This document shows, in pieces, positions 11,930 to 25,920 of a stretch of 64,000 nucleotides of DNA. Position 1 is the first letter of the stretch, and each line of letters begins with the position of its first letter. Position numbers and translations under genes: made by a program. Origin of the DNA: Eledone cirrhosa (taxonomy: Eukaryota); assembly GCA_964016885.1 (NCBI GenBank), contig OZ024751.1, positions 2,852,001-2,916,000 of the forward strand, in the 5' to 3' direction. The notes beneath the pieces are model-generated. The model made no database searches, had not been told where the DNA came from, and saw only the letters and a list, made by a program, of their open reading frames with translations.

Positions 11930-13150
11930 AGCGAGGAGCACTGGGAAACCTCTATAATATTTTTTGAGACAACGTGATGGCGAGGCTGATGTGCTGGAAC
12001 AACCAAGCGCCCTCACGAAGATCAACAGTTACGTCTGTTAGGCGAGCCGCCTGTGCAGATAAGAATCTCGCAGTCAGTAGCTCGACTAGTCCAAACGTCT
12101 CGAACGCCACACGCTGGAAAATGTAGTTGGCCGACAGATCACGGTATTTTATGTGGGAAGAAACAAAAGTCACGAACTGTAACGTCCCAGATAAGGCCTC
12201 TTGACCAGGGGCACAGAGTAAGGCCGTTTCCAAAATTGAAAGGTTGTTTTCCCGTGCCAAAGCCCTCTTGAGGATGCGTTTTAGCTGTGTGTGACGCGGG
12301 AGGCGACCAGTATTCACGCGGAAAGAGTCCTGTGGAGTCGTGGAGTTTGCCACATCGACACCTCAGACCCGTACAGACGTCGACCTCCACTCTGAGAGCA
12401 ATGGAGACACGAAGTTTGTCCAAGCTGAGTAGGCGACCAACGTTAGCCACGGGTAGGGCATCAACCCAGTCACCTGAGTATTTGATGCTAGCAGACAGTA
12501 AGCGTCACCTTGAGAACTGATTTGATTGGTCGAAGAGAGAGTCAAAAGTGGACCTCGAATATTTGCTGTCCCAAGCTCTCTGACTTCGTCTGTCCTCCAC
12601 ATTGTCAGGAACAGTCAAGCCCAACTCATTCCATCGCAGGAGAGCTTCATCCAACTCCCAGTCGGTTTGGTGCTACTGAGGAGCCCCAATTACAGACTTT
12701 GCCTTCGAGTCAATCTTCCTATCGAAGATGGTTGACTTTGAGCAATTGTTGAAGAATATTGAGGTAATCGAACCCCATCAAGGTTTTTTTCCTACTCAGA
12801 AACTACCTTTCGATTCCTAAGCTTCTATATATGCTCAGGCTCAGCCCCTCTCATAGTTTCTGTCCTGCCTCCAATGCTTCAATGACTTAATCTTCGAAAG
12901 ACTCGAGTGCTTGGTCAATGTCAGACTCTCTCCAGAGTCCCGCGATCAGGCTGCGTTGCCCAAGTGATTTGGGGGTCTTGGTCTTCGTAAGTGTTCGTCC
13001 CTCTCTCTCCCTTGCTTCCTTTCCTCCACCCACGCTTGCTCCATCCTGGTGAGTAACATCCTCTCCTCTCCAACATGGACTAGTTCCAACAGGGAGTTGG
13101 ATGAAGCTCTCCTGCGATGGAGTGAGTTGGGCTTATCTGTTCCTGACTGT
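11930..13150. mobile_element. CRE-like (restriction-like endonuclease) non-LTR retrotransposon fragment with internal inversion
   Basis: Minus 11930-12510: CRCGK..D..GL, RH, PWSRG.LIWDVT, KY, AFETFG, WLFQHISLAI; plus 12520-13150: FFLLRNYLSIPKLLYMLR, GGLGLR. Confidence 0.75.
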
Positions 13151-13639
13151 CTAATTAACAGAGAATTTGTTAGTGTGGTTAAGATTCAACAAAAGAAACT
13201 TATAGTTGTTTTAAGTTGCGTTTGCAAGGAATATCAGATACTTCCCCAAGTCTGTCATGACTGACTAGCTCTATAAAGACGTTTAAAGTAATTAAATAAA
13301 TAAATTCAGATAACAATACTGCGTGTTTAAAAATGTGAAGAGAAAAGAACGAGAGGGAGAGAGAGAATAACAGAGATCGAGAGTTAGATAGATAGATAGA
13401 TAGATATGTTTCTTTATTAGCCACAGGGGCACAAAAGAAGGGGACAAATACAAAGGGGGAAGTTTACATACAATAAAAACGTGTAAAATGTTATCACAAA
13501 TGGAATTTAAAAAGTTAGTCGATTTTCCCCAATAGAGGGAGACAGTTTATATGGGTAACACATACCCCCGAAAAAATGTGCAACCCTCATCTCCAGGAGT
13601 ACGAAGAGTTTGTACTCCCTTCCTCTCCTCCTCCTTTTC

Positions 13640-14400
13640 CTCAACCTACAGGCTGATATAGAGAGAAGGCCCATTCACTCGGGCCATTCTCGCCACTTTC
13701 ACCCACCTTTCATAAAACTTGCTGGGGTACAGCACCTCTCTCTCCTGATTCTTCTTCCAAAGTGGTATTTGAAAAAAAGAATCAGTTGTTGGCCGGAGAG
13801 AAAGGTGTCTGACCTCAGCCCTTTCAATCTTGTCCACCATACAACCTCTTTCGCCAGAGCTATCACACAAAGGAAAACCGCCTCTCCTTCGTTTTTGAAG
13901 GAGGGTGGCGGTTTGATCATGACAATGGACTCGGTTGTCAACCGGATTGGTCCCACCCGCGACAAAAGTCGTTCTACATAGCCCCACAGGTCAGTGACGC
14001 CCGGGCAGTGTATGAATGCGTGCGCGACGGTTTCTTCGTCTCGCACGAACCTCGGACAGATCTTTTATGCAGGGTCCCTGCCCGGGCGCCCATGTCTGTA
14101 GAGCTTGTCTCGAACTGGTAGAGCTCCTCGGTAGCACTGCCAGGCCAGGGACTTTTGGAAGTTGTCCATCGGTCCCGGGCGGAAGGTCCTACCGAACAGA
14201 CTGGCCAGTTCATCTTCCTATACGCCTAGAGTTTCACCGAGCGCGTCGTCGCACTTGCTGCGGACCAACCCTCTATAGAATGACGAAGTGGAGTCTCCAC
14301 TGATCGCCGGGTCCGCCTGCCAGAGGGCTGTGAGCGCCTGAGCACATTCGATGTGCCGGTCGCCCATTTTCCTCGGTCTTTGCTTGACCCAGGACTGCAG
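13640..14400 (-). mobile_element. Tx1/L1-like LINE 3' fragment
   Basis: ETVAHAFIHC zinc-knuckle region and AKEVVWWTR; homologous to 39500-40000. Confidence 0.8.
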
Positions 14401-14441
14401 CTAGATAGATAGATAGATAGATAAAGAAAATGATAGGTATA

Positions 14442-14510
<69 letters not shown>

Positions 14511-15102
14511 GTATATGGAGAGAGTAACAGATCGAGAGATGGAGAGAGAGAGAGAGAGATAGAGATGGAGAGAGATATAAAGATGATAGAGAGATAAATA
14601 AACAACTTCATATTAACTAGTAAGTGTTGCATGTATGGTTAAAAGAAAGGATACGTGCACGGCGGATGTTGTTGTTGTGGGCAGCGACCTCACCAAAGAG
14701 ATGTACTAGCCATTGGTAAGTGGCTGGTCCGAGAGTTGTATTAACATATCGTTTTGGAATTGTGTAGAGAAACGAACCTCCTTGATCTCCTTTGTTGTAT
14801 AGTGAGGGTGATGATGATGATAGTGGTGTTGGTGATGGTGGTGGTAGGGATTCACACGACTTCATCATCCAGAAACTATAAACACAGCCAAACAGTAGAA
14901 ATACTTTCAATCTGAAAACAAACCAAAAAAAAAAAAAAATAAAATAAAAAAAAACCCAAACATCTAAAACATGCAAACAGTAGAAGAAATACAATGATTA
15001 ACCCCCACCGCCAAATCAGTCTCAGAAAAGTTTCTTTTAATGTATTGAACCCCCATTGGCAAGAGGTTACCACTGTCTGTGTACACACACATATATATAT
15101 AT

Positions 15103-15127
15103 ATGAAGGACCAGCGTCCGAAACGTC
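15103..15127 (+). ncRNA. 5'-truncated hammerhead remnant
   Basis: (TA)n-ATGA-A-GGAC/CAGC/GTCC-GAAA-CG-TC; CTG and stem I 5' arm are lost at the (TA)n junction. Confidence 0.5.
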
Positions 15128-15224
15128 TTCCGACTGTTTTCCTACTATAGTGTAAAACTAATATATTTTTTCATTGTACAGTGTCGTTTGTTTGCTTTGT
15201 TTTATCTGTTTAACTTTTGCATGG

Positions 15225-15617
15225 ATATGTCTATGGCGGGTAAAATTCCATGTACGAGTTCTCTCCAGTGATCTCTGTCCTTCATCATCGCCGCCATATC
15301 CTGCGTCTCCCAGAGATCAGTGTCTGCCCTTAGGGCATCACTATATATGTCATCCTCGGTCTCCTTCTTCTAGTGTGCCCATGCAGGAGTTCCACTGGAC
15401 CACTAAGTACAGTGTCAACTCTCAATGTTGGTCAGCATGTCCAGCTAACCTCAGTCTCCTCTGTGTTACTCTGGAGCTCACTTTTGGGAGGCTCCCGTAC
15501 AGTTCTGAGTTCTCAGTGTATACTGAGGATGAAGAACTCAGAACTGTACGGGAGCCATCCTCAGTATTCTCGTGTAGCACCCTTCCACCATCTGAGTGAG
15601 TCTCTTGGTCAGTGCAT
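15225..15617 (-). mobile_element. RTE LINE 3' fragment (related to 2318-3402) with small internal foldback
   Basis: Reverse complement of the 3000-3390 type sequence; ~15490-15560 contains a short inverted duplication. Confidence 0.75.
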
Positions 15618-15691
<74 letters not shown>

Positions 15692-15875
15692 ATATATGGC
15701 GTTATATATCTATTTGCTTCTCTGAATGAGATTTTTTAGTGATCACTTTTCATTGAGATGTTATGTATATTCTGAGAATTTTATTTATATAGTTATACTT
15801 TTGTGAGGTCATGCTGCCAATAAAACACACGCACCTGTTGGTTTTCACTTCAATTTATTATTAATATAAACTCTC

Positions 15876-16170
15876 AGTTAGTTAGATTAATAACCGGATG
15901 ATTGTTTATTTGTTTATTGTCAAAGCTCTTTCGTCACACATTATGTGACCCTCTCAGTGACTACCTTTGTTATTTTGTTCTGTCCTACAGCATCTTGTTT
16001 TTGTGTGTGAGCTGTGAGCACACAGCTCACAGCAACAAGATGATGTAGGACAGAACAAAGGAGAGACTCAAAATAACAAATTAGTCACTGAAGAAATCAC
16101 ATAATGTGTGACGAAAGAGCTTTGAAAATAAACAAATAAACCACCATCCGGTTATTATACTAACCAACTG
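15876..16170. repeat. Head-to-head palindrome carrying two degenerate type I HHRs (- 15919-15961; + 16084-16125)
   Basis: Consensus GTCA-CTGAAGA-R-GTCACAT/AAT/GTGTGAC-GAAA-GAGC-TT-TGAC; each arm has a different lesion. Confidence 0.75.
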
Positions 16171-16194
16171 GAAATTGATAATAAATAATATACG

Positions 16195-16940
16195 TATATA
16201 TAATACTGAAACGAAGCTGTCGAAAGGACAGATACACCTTCAGTCGTTTTCCCAGTCACTCAATAATTTAATTAAGTCAGTATTAATAAGACACCAACCC
16301 CAGGAAATTAGAGTGGAAATATAAGTTAAATAGTGAGAAAAACGATTTCATGTGAGTAAAAATTTGATTTTCGGACCAATGCATTTGTTTCTGCAACTCC
16401 AGCTGCTAGAGACAGTCCAAATGGATCTACCACGCACAGAGATTAGGTAATGCTATTCAGCATTGGCTAAGAGTTACATGATCAGTGGGAAATTATACAC
16501 TCCGGAATAGATCAGCTACCAACTCACTGTTCTGATGTAGGTAAACTCAACCTTCAGTGGTATGGGACTTGACAGCGAAGAGATGGTAAGCAATTTCTGA
16601 CTAATCACAGAGGACACGTTGGCACGTATTCCAATTGATAAAATGAAAAAGGGCGATGAAGCACTCAACTAAGGCCTCCATATATAAAGCGAAGACATAA
16701 TTGCAAACAATTAATAAATAAATCAAACTATAATAAACAGTAAAAAAGTTCAACTTACAATTTGAATGCGGGTTATTCCCGGGAGTTTGAAAAAATAATA
16801 CTGAAACGAAACTATCGAATAAGGCCGATACACCTTTGGCCGTTTTCCCAGTCACTCAATAATTTAATTAAGTCAGTATAATTATGGCACCAGCCCAAGG
16901 AAATTAGAGTGGACACTTAATTGTTAAATAGTTAAAAAAA
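16195..16940 (+). repeat. Diverged ~140-bp direct repeat pair (16195-16340, 16795-16940)
   Basis: Shared ATAACTGAAACGAA...TTTCCCAGTCACTCAATAATTTAATTAAGTCAGTA...GGAAATTAGAGTGGA. Confidence 0.7.
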
Positions 16941-17006
16941 ACTATATGAAAACTTGACACCTCGTCTATACTTATTAGTAATTATATATATATATGTATA
17001 TATATA

Positions 17007-20000
17007 TATGAAAGACGTAAAATAAGAAAATTATAAAAATTAACTTACTTACTAAAATTTCACTCCAACTAATTAGTTTCTGAAAGGGAATAAACATGGT
17101 TTCCGAATGGAACAACATGGAGAAATCCTTTCGTCATCAGGGAAGTCTATTCTCAGCTAAGTTCCCAGGCAATGCGTGGACACAGGGAACTTATACAAAA
17201 ATAATTCAGTGGATGGAAAAAGCAAAGCGTGGACTAAGTTCCAAGACATTGAAAAAATCACTGCCTACTTGGTCGGTGGCAAATACAAAAGAATCAATCA
17301 CGTGACATCGAGGTTAATCAGTGAGGACTGGTGTGTTAAGAAGACAGCAGCCGAACCATTACTATGAACTATAGCAGCAGTTTTGGCAAATTTTTGCTCA
17401 ACAAAATAATTTGGAGATAATTATAAAGAATTAGTATATCTACCAACATATATATACAGATGAATACCTATGCTAGCAAATATATAGGTTTTGTCTTAGT
17501 AACTTTGTAGTTCAATACAAGGGGATGCAGAACAATAATATGAAAGACGTAAAATAAGAAAATTATAAAAATTAACTTACTTACTAAAATTTCACTCCAA
17601 CTAATTAGTTTCTGAAAAGGAATAAACATGGTTTCCGAATGGAACAACATGGAGAAATGCTTTCGTCATCAGGGAAGTCTATTCTCAGCTAAGTTCCCAG
17701 GCAATGCGTGGACACAGGGAACTTATACAAAAATAATTCAGTGGATGGAAAAAAGCAAAGTGTGGACTAAGTTCCAAGATATTGAGAAAATCACTGCCTA
17801 CTTGGTCGGTGGCAAATACAAAAGAATCAATCACGTGATATCGAGGTTAATCAGTGAGGAGTGGTGTGTTAAGAAGACAGCAGCCGAACCATTACTATGA
17901 ACTATAGCAGCAGTTTTGGCAAATTTTTGCTCAACAAAATAATTTGGAGATAATTATAAAGAATTAGTATATCTACCAACATATATATACAGATGCATAC
18001 CTATGCTAGCAAATATATAGGTCTTGTCTTAGTAATTTTGTAGTTCAATGCAAGGGGATGCAGAACAATAATATGAAAGGCGTAAAATAAGAAAATTATA
18101 GAAATTAACTTACTTACTAAAATTTCACTCCAACTAATTAGTTTCTGAAAAGGAATAGACATGGTTTCCGAATGGAACAACATGGAAAAATGCTTTCGTC
18201 ATCAGGGAAGTCAATTATTCTCACCTAAGTTCCCAGGCAATGCGTGGACACAGGGAACTTATACAAAAATAATTCAGTGGATGGAAAAAAGCAAGTGTGG
18301 ACTAAGTTCCAAGATATTGAGAAAATCACTGCCTACTTGGTCGGTGGCAAATACAAAAGAATCAATCACGTGATATCGAGGTTAATCAGTGAGGAGTGGT
18401 GTGTTAAGAAGACAGCAGCCGAACCATTACTATGAACTATAGCAGCAGTTTTGGCAAACTTTTGCTCAACAAAATAATTTGGAGATAATTATAAAGAATT
18501 AGTATATCTACTAACATATATATACAGATGAATACCTATGCTAGCAAATATGTAGGTTTTGTCTTAGTAACTTTGTAGTTCAATGCAAGGGGATGCAGAA
18601 CAATAATATGAAAGACGTAAAATAAGAAAATTATAAAAATTAACTTACTTACTAAAATTTCACTCCAACTAATTAGTTTCTGAAAAGGAATAGACATAGT
18701 TTACGAAGAAGCGTAAGGAAAAGCCTTTCGTCATCAGGGAAGTCTATTCTCAGCTAAGTTCCCAGGCAATGCGTGGACACAGGGAATTTATACAAAAATA
18801 ATTCAGTGGATGGAAAAAAGCAAAGCGTGGACTAAGTTCCAAGACATTGAAAAAATCACTGCCTACTTGGTCGGTGGCAAATACAAAAGAATCAATCACG
18901 TGACATCGAGGTTAATCAGTGAGGACTGGTGTGTAAAGAAGACAGCAGCCGATCCATTACTATGAACTATAGCAGCAGTTTTGGCAAATTTTTGCTCAAC
19001 AAAATAATTTGGAGATAATTATAAAGAATTAGTATATCTACCAACATATATATACAGATGAATACCTATGCTAGCAAATATATAGGTTTTGTCTTAGTAA
19101 CTTTGTAGTTCAATACAAGGGGATGCAGAACAATAATATGAAAGACGTAAAATAAGAAAATTATAAAAATTAACTTACTTACTAAAATTTCACCCCAACT
19201 AATTAGTTTCTGAAAAGGAATAAACATGGTTTCCGAATGGAACGACATGGAAAAATGCTTTCGTCATCAGGGAAGTCAATTATTCTCACCTAAGTTCCCA
19301 GGCAATGCGTGGACACAGGGAACTTATACAAAAATAATTCAGTGGATGGAAAAAAGCAAAGTGTGGACTAAGTTCCAAGATATTGAGAAAATCACTGCCT
19401 ACTTGGTCGGTGGCAAATACAAAAGAATCAATCACGTGATATCGAGGTTAATCAGTGAGGAGTGGTGTGTTAAGAAGACAGCAGCCGAACCATTACTATG
19501 AACTATAGCAGCAGTTTTGGCAAATTTTTGCTCAACAAAATAATTTAGAGATAATTATAAAGAATTAGTATATCTACCAACATATATATACAGATGCATA
19601 CCTATGCTAGCAAATATATAGGTCTTGTCTTAGTAACTTTGTAGTTCAATGCAAGGGGATGCAGAACAATAATATGAAAGGCGTAAAATAAGAAAATTAT
19701 GAAAATTAACTTACTTACTAAAATTTCACTCCAACTAATTAGTTTCTGAAAAGGAATAGACATGGTTTCTGAATGGAACAACATGGAGAAATGCTTTCGT
19801 CATCAGGGAAGTCTATTATTCTCACCTAAGTTCCCAGGCAATGCGTGGACACAGGGAACTTATACAAAAATAATTCAGTGGATGGAAAAAAGCAAAGCGT
19901 GGACTAAGTTCCAAGACATTGAAAAAATCACTGCCTACTTAACACACCACTCCTCATTGATTAACCTAGATATCACGTGATTGATTCTTTTGTATTTGTC

Positions 20001-20381
20001 ACCGACCAAGTAGGCAGTGATGTTTCAATGTCTTGGAACTTAGTCCACGCTTTGCTTTTTTCCATCCACTGAATTATTTTTGTATAAGTTCCCTGTGTCC
20101 ACGCATTGCCTGAGAACTTAGGTGAGAATAGACTTTCCTGATGACGAAAGGATTTCTCCATGTTGTTCCATTCGGAAACCATGTTTATTCCCTTTCAGAA
20201 ACTAATTAGTTGGAGTGAAATTTTAGTAAGTAAGTTAATTTTTATAATTTTCTTATTTTACGTCTTTCATATTATTGTTCTGCATCCCCTTGCATTGAAC
20301 CACAAAGTTACTAAGACAAAACCTATATATTTGCTAGCATAGGTATTCATCTGTATATATATGTTGGTAGATATACTAATT

Positions 20382-20387
<6 letters not shown>
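17007..20387. repeat. ~533-bp tandem array (~5.5 units) plus a terminal inverted partial unit; probably hAT-transposase derived
   Basis: Units recur at about 17007, 17539, 18071, 18607, 19137, 19673; inverted copy 19940-20387; TA-rich tracts at both ends. Confidence 0.9.
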
Positions 20388-20443
<56 letters not shown>

Positions 20444-20512
20444 GTGTACATACTTATATTTAAGTAACAGCCGTACTAAGAGTGGAAAATGAAATTTCGT
20501 TTCATTTTTTCC

Positions 20513-20606
<94 letters not shown>

Positions 20607-20641
20607 AGGGAAGTAAGGTTCTATACAAAACTGTGGATATA

Positions 20642-21069
20642 GAAAAAAGGTGAAATTGGAAATAGCACGGAAAATATATTTATGGGTCTGTTTTTCTTTT
20701 TTTTTTTTCCTTTCTTTGATTCGTCAAAGTGACATTATTGAAAAAATGAGAGGGATAATTCTTTTTAAAAAGAGAGGAGGATGAAAAATACTTACCTCAA
20801 CACTTAATTTTTAATCTTTAATTTTTAATTTTTAATTCTTATTAATTCTCTTCAATTGTAATACTCAACATTTGATGAGATGAATTTTACTAAAACATCG
20901 AAACCGGTTATATTTTATATAATTTATAAACATTAAAAAAATCCTTTTTAAAAGAATTGTCCCTTCCATTTTTTCAATAATGTCACTTTTACGAATCAAA
21001 GAAAGGGAAAAAAAAGAAAAACAGACCCTTAAACATATTTTTCGTGCTATTTCCAATGTCACCTTTTTT
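20642..21069. repeat. Imperfect inverted repeat (MITE-like), arms ~20642-20772 / ~20943-21069
   Basis: AAAAGGTGAAATTGGAAATAGCACG...TTGATTCGT vs ACGAATCAA...CGTGCTATTTCCAATGTCACCTTTT. Confidence 0.7.
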
Positions 21070-21086
21070 CTCTCTCTCTATAATAA

Positions 21087-21470
21087 TTGTTTCTACTTTT
21101 GGCACAAGGCCAGCAATTACTCCAGTGTATTACTGGTACTTTATTTTATCGACCCCGTAAGGATGAAAGCAAAGTTAACCTTGGCGGGATTTGAACTCAG
21201 ACCATAAAGGGCCGTAACTCTTTGCTGCAAAGCATGGCGTCCGACCCTCTACTGATACTGCCAATCCACCGCCAATTTTCTCTCTCTGTAATAATGATAA
21301 TGTTTCTACTTTTGGCACAAGGTCAGCAATCATCCCAGTGCATTGCTGGTGCATTATTTTATCGACCCCGTAAGGATGAAAGGTAAAGCTAACCTCGGCG
21401 ATATTTGAACTCAGAATGTAAAGGGCCATAACTCTGTGCAGCAAAGCATGTTGTCTGATGCTCTACCGAT
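21087..21470 (-). mobile_element. Two tandem copies of tRNA-derived SINE (family A)
   Basis: A box TGGCAGTATC.G, B box GAGTTCAAATCC, central CTTTCATCCTTACGGGGTCGATAAAAT domain, tail GGCCTTGTGCC.AAAGTAGAAAC. Confidence 0.85.
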
Positions 21471-22205
21471 ATTACCTTAACATCACTGTGAACATTTCAT
21501 TAATTTTCTACAATTGATTGTCAAACTCTAGATTTAACATTTCCAAAGTTTGTGGCATATACAGAAGAATGTGGTAGGGTGGTTTTGCTGGGAAGGGGGA
21601 CATGAAGGAAAAAATAAATTTGTGATAACAACAACTATATATACAGCAATGATAACAGCGACAGTAGTTACAATAATACCAGTAGTAACAACAACATCAA
21701 CAAAAACGATAACATGATAAAGCGGGCGTTTTTGCGTGGTCAGTTGACATGCGAGAAATAGCAGCCAAATCTCGCTGAAATCAAACGTCACTGACTGAAA
21801 AAAGGGAAGGACACATTGGATAATATTGGTCCATAAAAAGGCTGAAAGGTGAGAACTGGTATACCACTGATCATAGATTTGCTGAATCAGGTATGGACCT
21901 TGAGCTAAACAACAACAACAATGAGAACTCCGACAACATCATCATCAACAACAACACTCTCACCACCATCATCATCAACATGCTCATCATTATAATAAGC
22001 CCACTACCACCACTCCCACATGATCATCATCAACAACAACATCAAAGAAAAAAATATATTTACCTGGTTTGGTTATAATCCCTGATAGACATGTTTGAAG
22101 TGGATCTTTGGCTTTATCTTACTGAATTCTGGACCTACTTAAATCTTTGTGGTCCCCAGACAATATCTCTGGCCCTCAGGCTATATATATATATTTATAT
22201 ATATA

Positions 22206-22284
<79 letters not shown>

Positions 22285-22581
22285 CCCTCAGGCTCTATAT
22301 ATCTCTCTCTCTGGACCTCTGGATATATCTCTCTCTGTGTTGTGTTTGGGCTATATATCTATCTCTTTGTTAGCCTCAATCTCTCTCTCTCTCTTGGCCT
22401 CTGGTTATGTCTTTTTATCTCTCTCTCCCTCTCTGGTTACATCTCTGTCTTCTAGTTATATATCTAGGCCTCCAGATCCATATTAGCACAATAAACAGTG
22501 TGTCTATATATTTCGGCCTTTCAGTTATCACATTGGACTTTACTTATTTCTCACTGGACTTCTGGTTATCTAACGGGATCT

Positions 22582-22713
<132 letters not shown>

Positions 22714-23511
22714 GCTTATAATCAAATCTCACAGGATGTTATAGTAATTTATCTCTGAATCTCCTAGTTACATCTCTGGAGTCTCTGTTTATCTTACACT
22801 GGACTGCTCCTTATCTCACGAGGTTTTATAGTTAGAACTCTTCTGGTTATTTCACTGTGCCTTGAAGTCGTATATAGTCCTGTTAATTATCTCACTCTTT
22901 TCGTCCTTAGCTAGTTCACTGGAACTTGTTGGTTTATCACACATTGGACACATCTAGTCATCTCGCATTGTACGTTCTGGTTATATTTGTAAGCTTCCTT
23001 GTTATTTCAAACTCTATGTCTATTCACAATCAACTATTCTCGAGTTTTCTTACACAGGAATGCTGGGGGGGGGGGGGGGGGGTACACAAATTTTCACGTC
23101 AGATAGGCAGATAAAAAAAAAAACGCCAAAGACAATGTTTGAGACAAAATATTTAAAATCAGCTAAAATATTTGAGTGTAAAAAGTCAAGGATCTACTGA
23201 AGTAAATATTTCAGAGACGTTACAAATCTGAAATTGTGTGTAAAAAGTGAGAAAGGACGTGATGTTTGTCTTGTCTTGAGGTTGACGTTGTGTAAATATC
23301 TGGAGTTAAAGTAGAAGACATTACACGAGGGACGCTTGCTAAAATACTGTCTGCCTTTCTTTCAATTTTTCTCTCTGACTCTCTCCCTTTCTCTATTTCT
23401 TTTTCAACTCTGTGTCTCTCTATTTCCGTCCCTGTATCTCTCTCTCCATTACCTTTCTCTGTACCTCTCTCCATCTACCTTTCTCTCTACACCTCTCTCC
23501 CTTTCTCCCTT

Positions 23512-23562
<51 letters not shown>

Positions 23563-24188
23563 CCCTCTCTCGGATTAACTTGGGTTGACCAAAAAGATTA
23601 AGTAAACTATTGCTGTTCTTTAGCCATAGATCATGTCTGATCCAACAGACATGTGATCAGACATTCCAGCCGTGACCATACCAAGTTTATAAAAGTAATA
23701 TCTAGATTTATATTTCCTAATGTTACTTATTCTTATTAAAGACGGAAGTGTGTGGCTTGAGGGAAAGGGGAACAACTCTAAATGAAAACCTAACTTTTCA
23801 CTGCTTTAGTCATTAAACTATGACATACATACATACACAAAGAGACAGACACACACACATACACACAAAGGGACAGGCACACACACACATGCGCGCACAA
23901 ACACATATATACACACGCACACACACATATACATACATACACACATATACATACATACATACATACATACATACATACATACATACATACATACATACAT
24001 ACATACATACATACATACATACATACATACATACATACACAGACACGCACATATTTATATATAATACTAGTTAGCAATAATAAGGTGGCAATAATTTGTA
24101 CGTTTTAAAATTAGTTTAAATCATTTCAATTCCTACTTTGAGTTTTTGAACAAGACACTTTACTACTCCGGTCTACTCTGTTGGAAAA

Positions 24189-24452
24189 ACTGAGTCATAC
24201 CTGTGATTAAGAGGGTCAGTCTCATAACTGAGTTATACCTGTGATTAAGGGGGTCAGTCTCATAACTGAGTTATACCTGTGATTAAGAGGGTCAGTCTCA
24301 TAACTGAGTTATACCTGTGATTCAAATGGTCAGTCTTATACTGAGTTATACCTGTGATTCAAATGGTCAGTCTTATACTGAGTTATACCTGTGATTCAAA
24401 GGGTCAGTCTTATACTGAGTTATACCTGTGATTCAAAGGGTCAGTCTTATAA
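24189..24452. repeat. Minisatellite, 37-38 bp x ~7
   Basis: ACTGAGTTATACCTGTGATT(AAGAG/CAAAT)GGTCAGTCT(C/T)ATA; no spacers. Confidence 0.9.
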
Positions 24453-24584
24453 CAAAGATTATATCACACTGAATCTCTCTGAGAATTGAGTTAACCCTTT
24501 TGATAGCAATTTGCTCAAAACCGCCTCTGTTTTTATGAAACAAAACCACCCATTTTAAATTCTAAGTCTAAAGTATGTTTCAAT

Positions 24585-24997
24585 CCAGAAGGCTCGTCAG
24601 GCCGATGCTTTGCTCGGTTTCGTGGTGTGAAGCGAATGAGAGTTTAAGACTATCTCCTGTACAGGACGCCAGTCCATCACAGGGTTATGCAAAGTATATA
24701 GATATAATGTTAAGTCAAAGTCTGTCTCGAGTCCGAAGGCTCATCAGGCCGGTGCATATTCAGGTTTCTGTGGCGTGAAGCAACTGAGAGTACAAGACTC
24801 TCCCCTGGACAGAACGCCAGTCCATCGCAGGGTTAAACTCCCAGCTATTGCTAGTACTCATTTTTAGCTGAGAATACTGGAGCGACGTAAAATGAGATGT
24901 TTTGCTCAAGAACACAACACACAACCCAGTCCAGGAATTGAACCCACGAGATTATTATCATAAGTCCAACACCCTACCACTAGGCCACTGCCTTCAC
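24585..24997 (-). mobile_element. tRNA-derived SINE family B (full copy 24720-24997 plus extra tail fragment)
   Basis: A box GTGGCCTAGTGG, B box GGTTCAATTCC, GTGTTCTTGAGCAA, CCTGCGATGGACTGGCG..CTGTCCAGGGG, tail CCGGCCTGATGAGCC. Confidence 0.75.
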
Positions 24998-25264
24998 CAA
25001 GGGTTTCTATTTAAATTATAACCTCAGAGGATAATTTTATGTAAAAAAATCTATGTTAGAAATACCATTTCGATAATGATAAATTTAGAAAATCCTTCCA
25101 AATTCTTCATTAAATTAATTGAATTAGAAATACGGTCACGAAAAGTTTAAGGGTTATTAGTACCAGAGGAGTGCTAGGACACTCGTATGTTAATTTCACG
25201 ACTAGGCTGTTCCGTTGATCAAGTAACTTGAATACTCGTCGCTAGAACCGACGGAAATCCATCA

Positions 25265-25364
<100 letters not shown>

Positions 25365-25485
25365 CTTAAGAATGTTGAAATAAAATAACCTTTATTCGTA
25401 AATTCAAATTCTCTTCTCTTCACAACGATACATATTTTTTCTGTGTAAAAACCCAGAGTTATCTACCCTGCATTCGTCATATTAT

Positions 25486-25657
25486 AGCAGTATCGGTAGA
25501 GTCGGACGCCATGCTTTATAGCATAGTTACGTCCCTTTACAGTCTGAGTTCAAATCCCGCCGAGGTTAACTTTGCCTTTTATCCTTAAGGAGTCGATAAA
25601 ATAAAGTACCAGTAATGTACTGGGTAATTGCTGGCCTTGTGCCTAAAGTAGAAACAA
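25486..25657 (+). mobile_element. SINE family A
   Basis: Same B box, central domain and tail. Confidence 0.85.
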
Positions 25658-25920
25658 TTATATATTGATATATTATAAAGGAAATTTCACACACTTTGCT
25701 TTTTTTCTTTATCTCTTTCTTTTCTTTCTTCCTCACCCTTTCTGATTAACTTAGATTTATGTGTGTGAACATATACACGTGTGCGTAAATGGGTGATATA
25801 TGAATGAATACCACATATATAGGGATTGTAACATCCAGTTTAAGTAGGTTCACCAGAGTGAGCACTCGATGGGTAGTTTCCAGTAAGTATAGAGGTGTAG
25901 TACTAAGCAGAATGTAATAA

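Noticed and set aside
17125-17150. CTGATGA-C-GAAA on the minus strand of every 533-bp unit
   Set aside because: No stem II and no adjacent stem I; better explained as chance within decayed coding sequence, though a retrozyme-like origin is not fully excluded
21180-21273. tRNA gene candidates at SINE heads
   Set aside because: A/B boxes are fused to a SINE body and tail, are multicopy, and no full cloverleaf is evident
24189-24452. CRISPR-like 37-38-bp repeats
   Set aside because: Contiguous units without unique spacers, eukaryotic context, no cas genes
24730-24750. CTGATGAG on minus strand as a hammerhead
   Set aside because: No GAAA or stem I/III; it is part of the SINE family B tail
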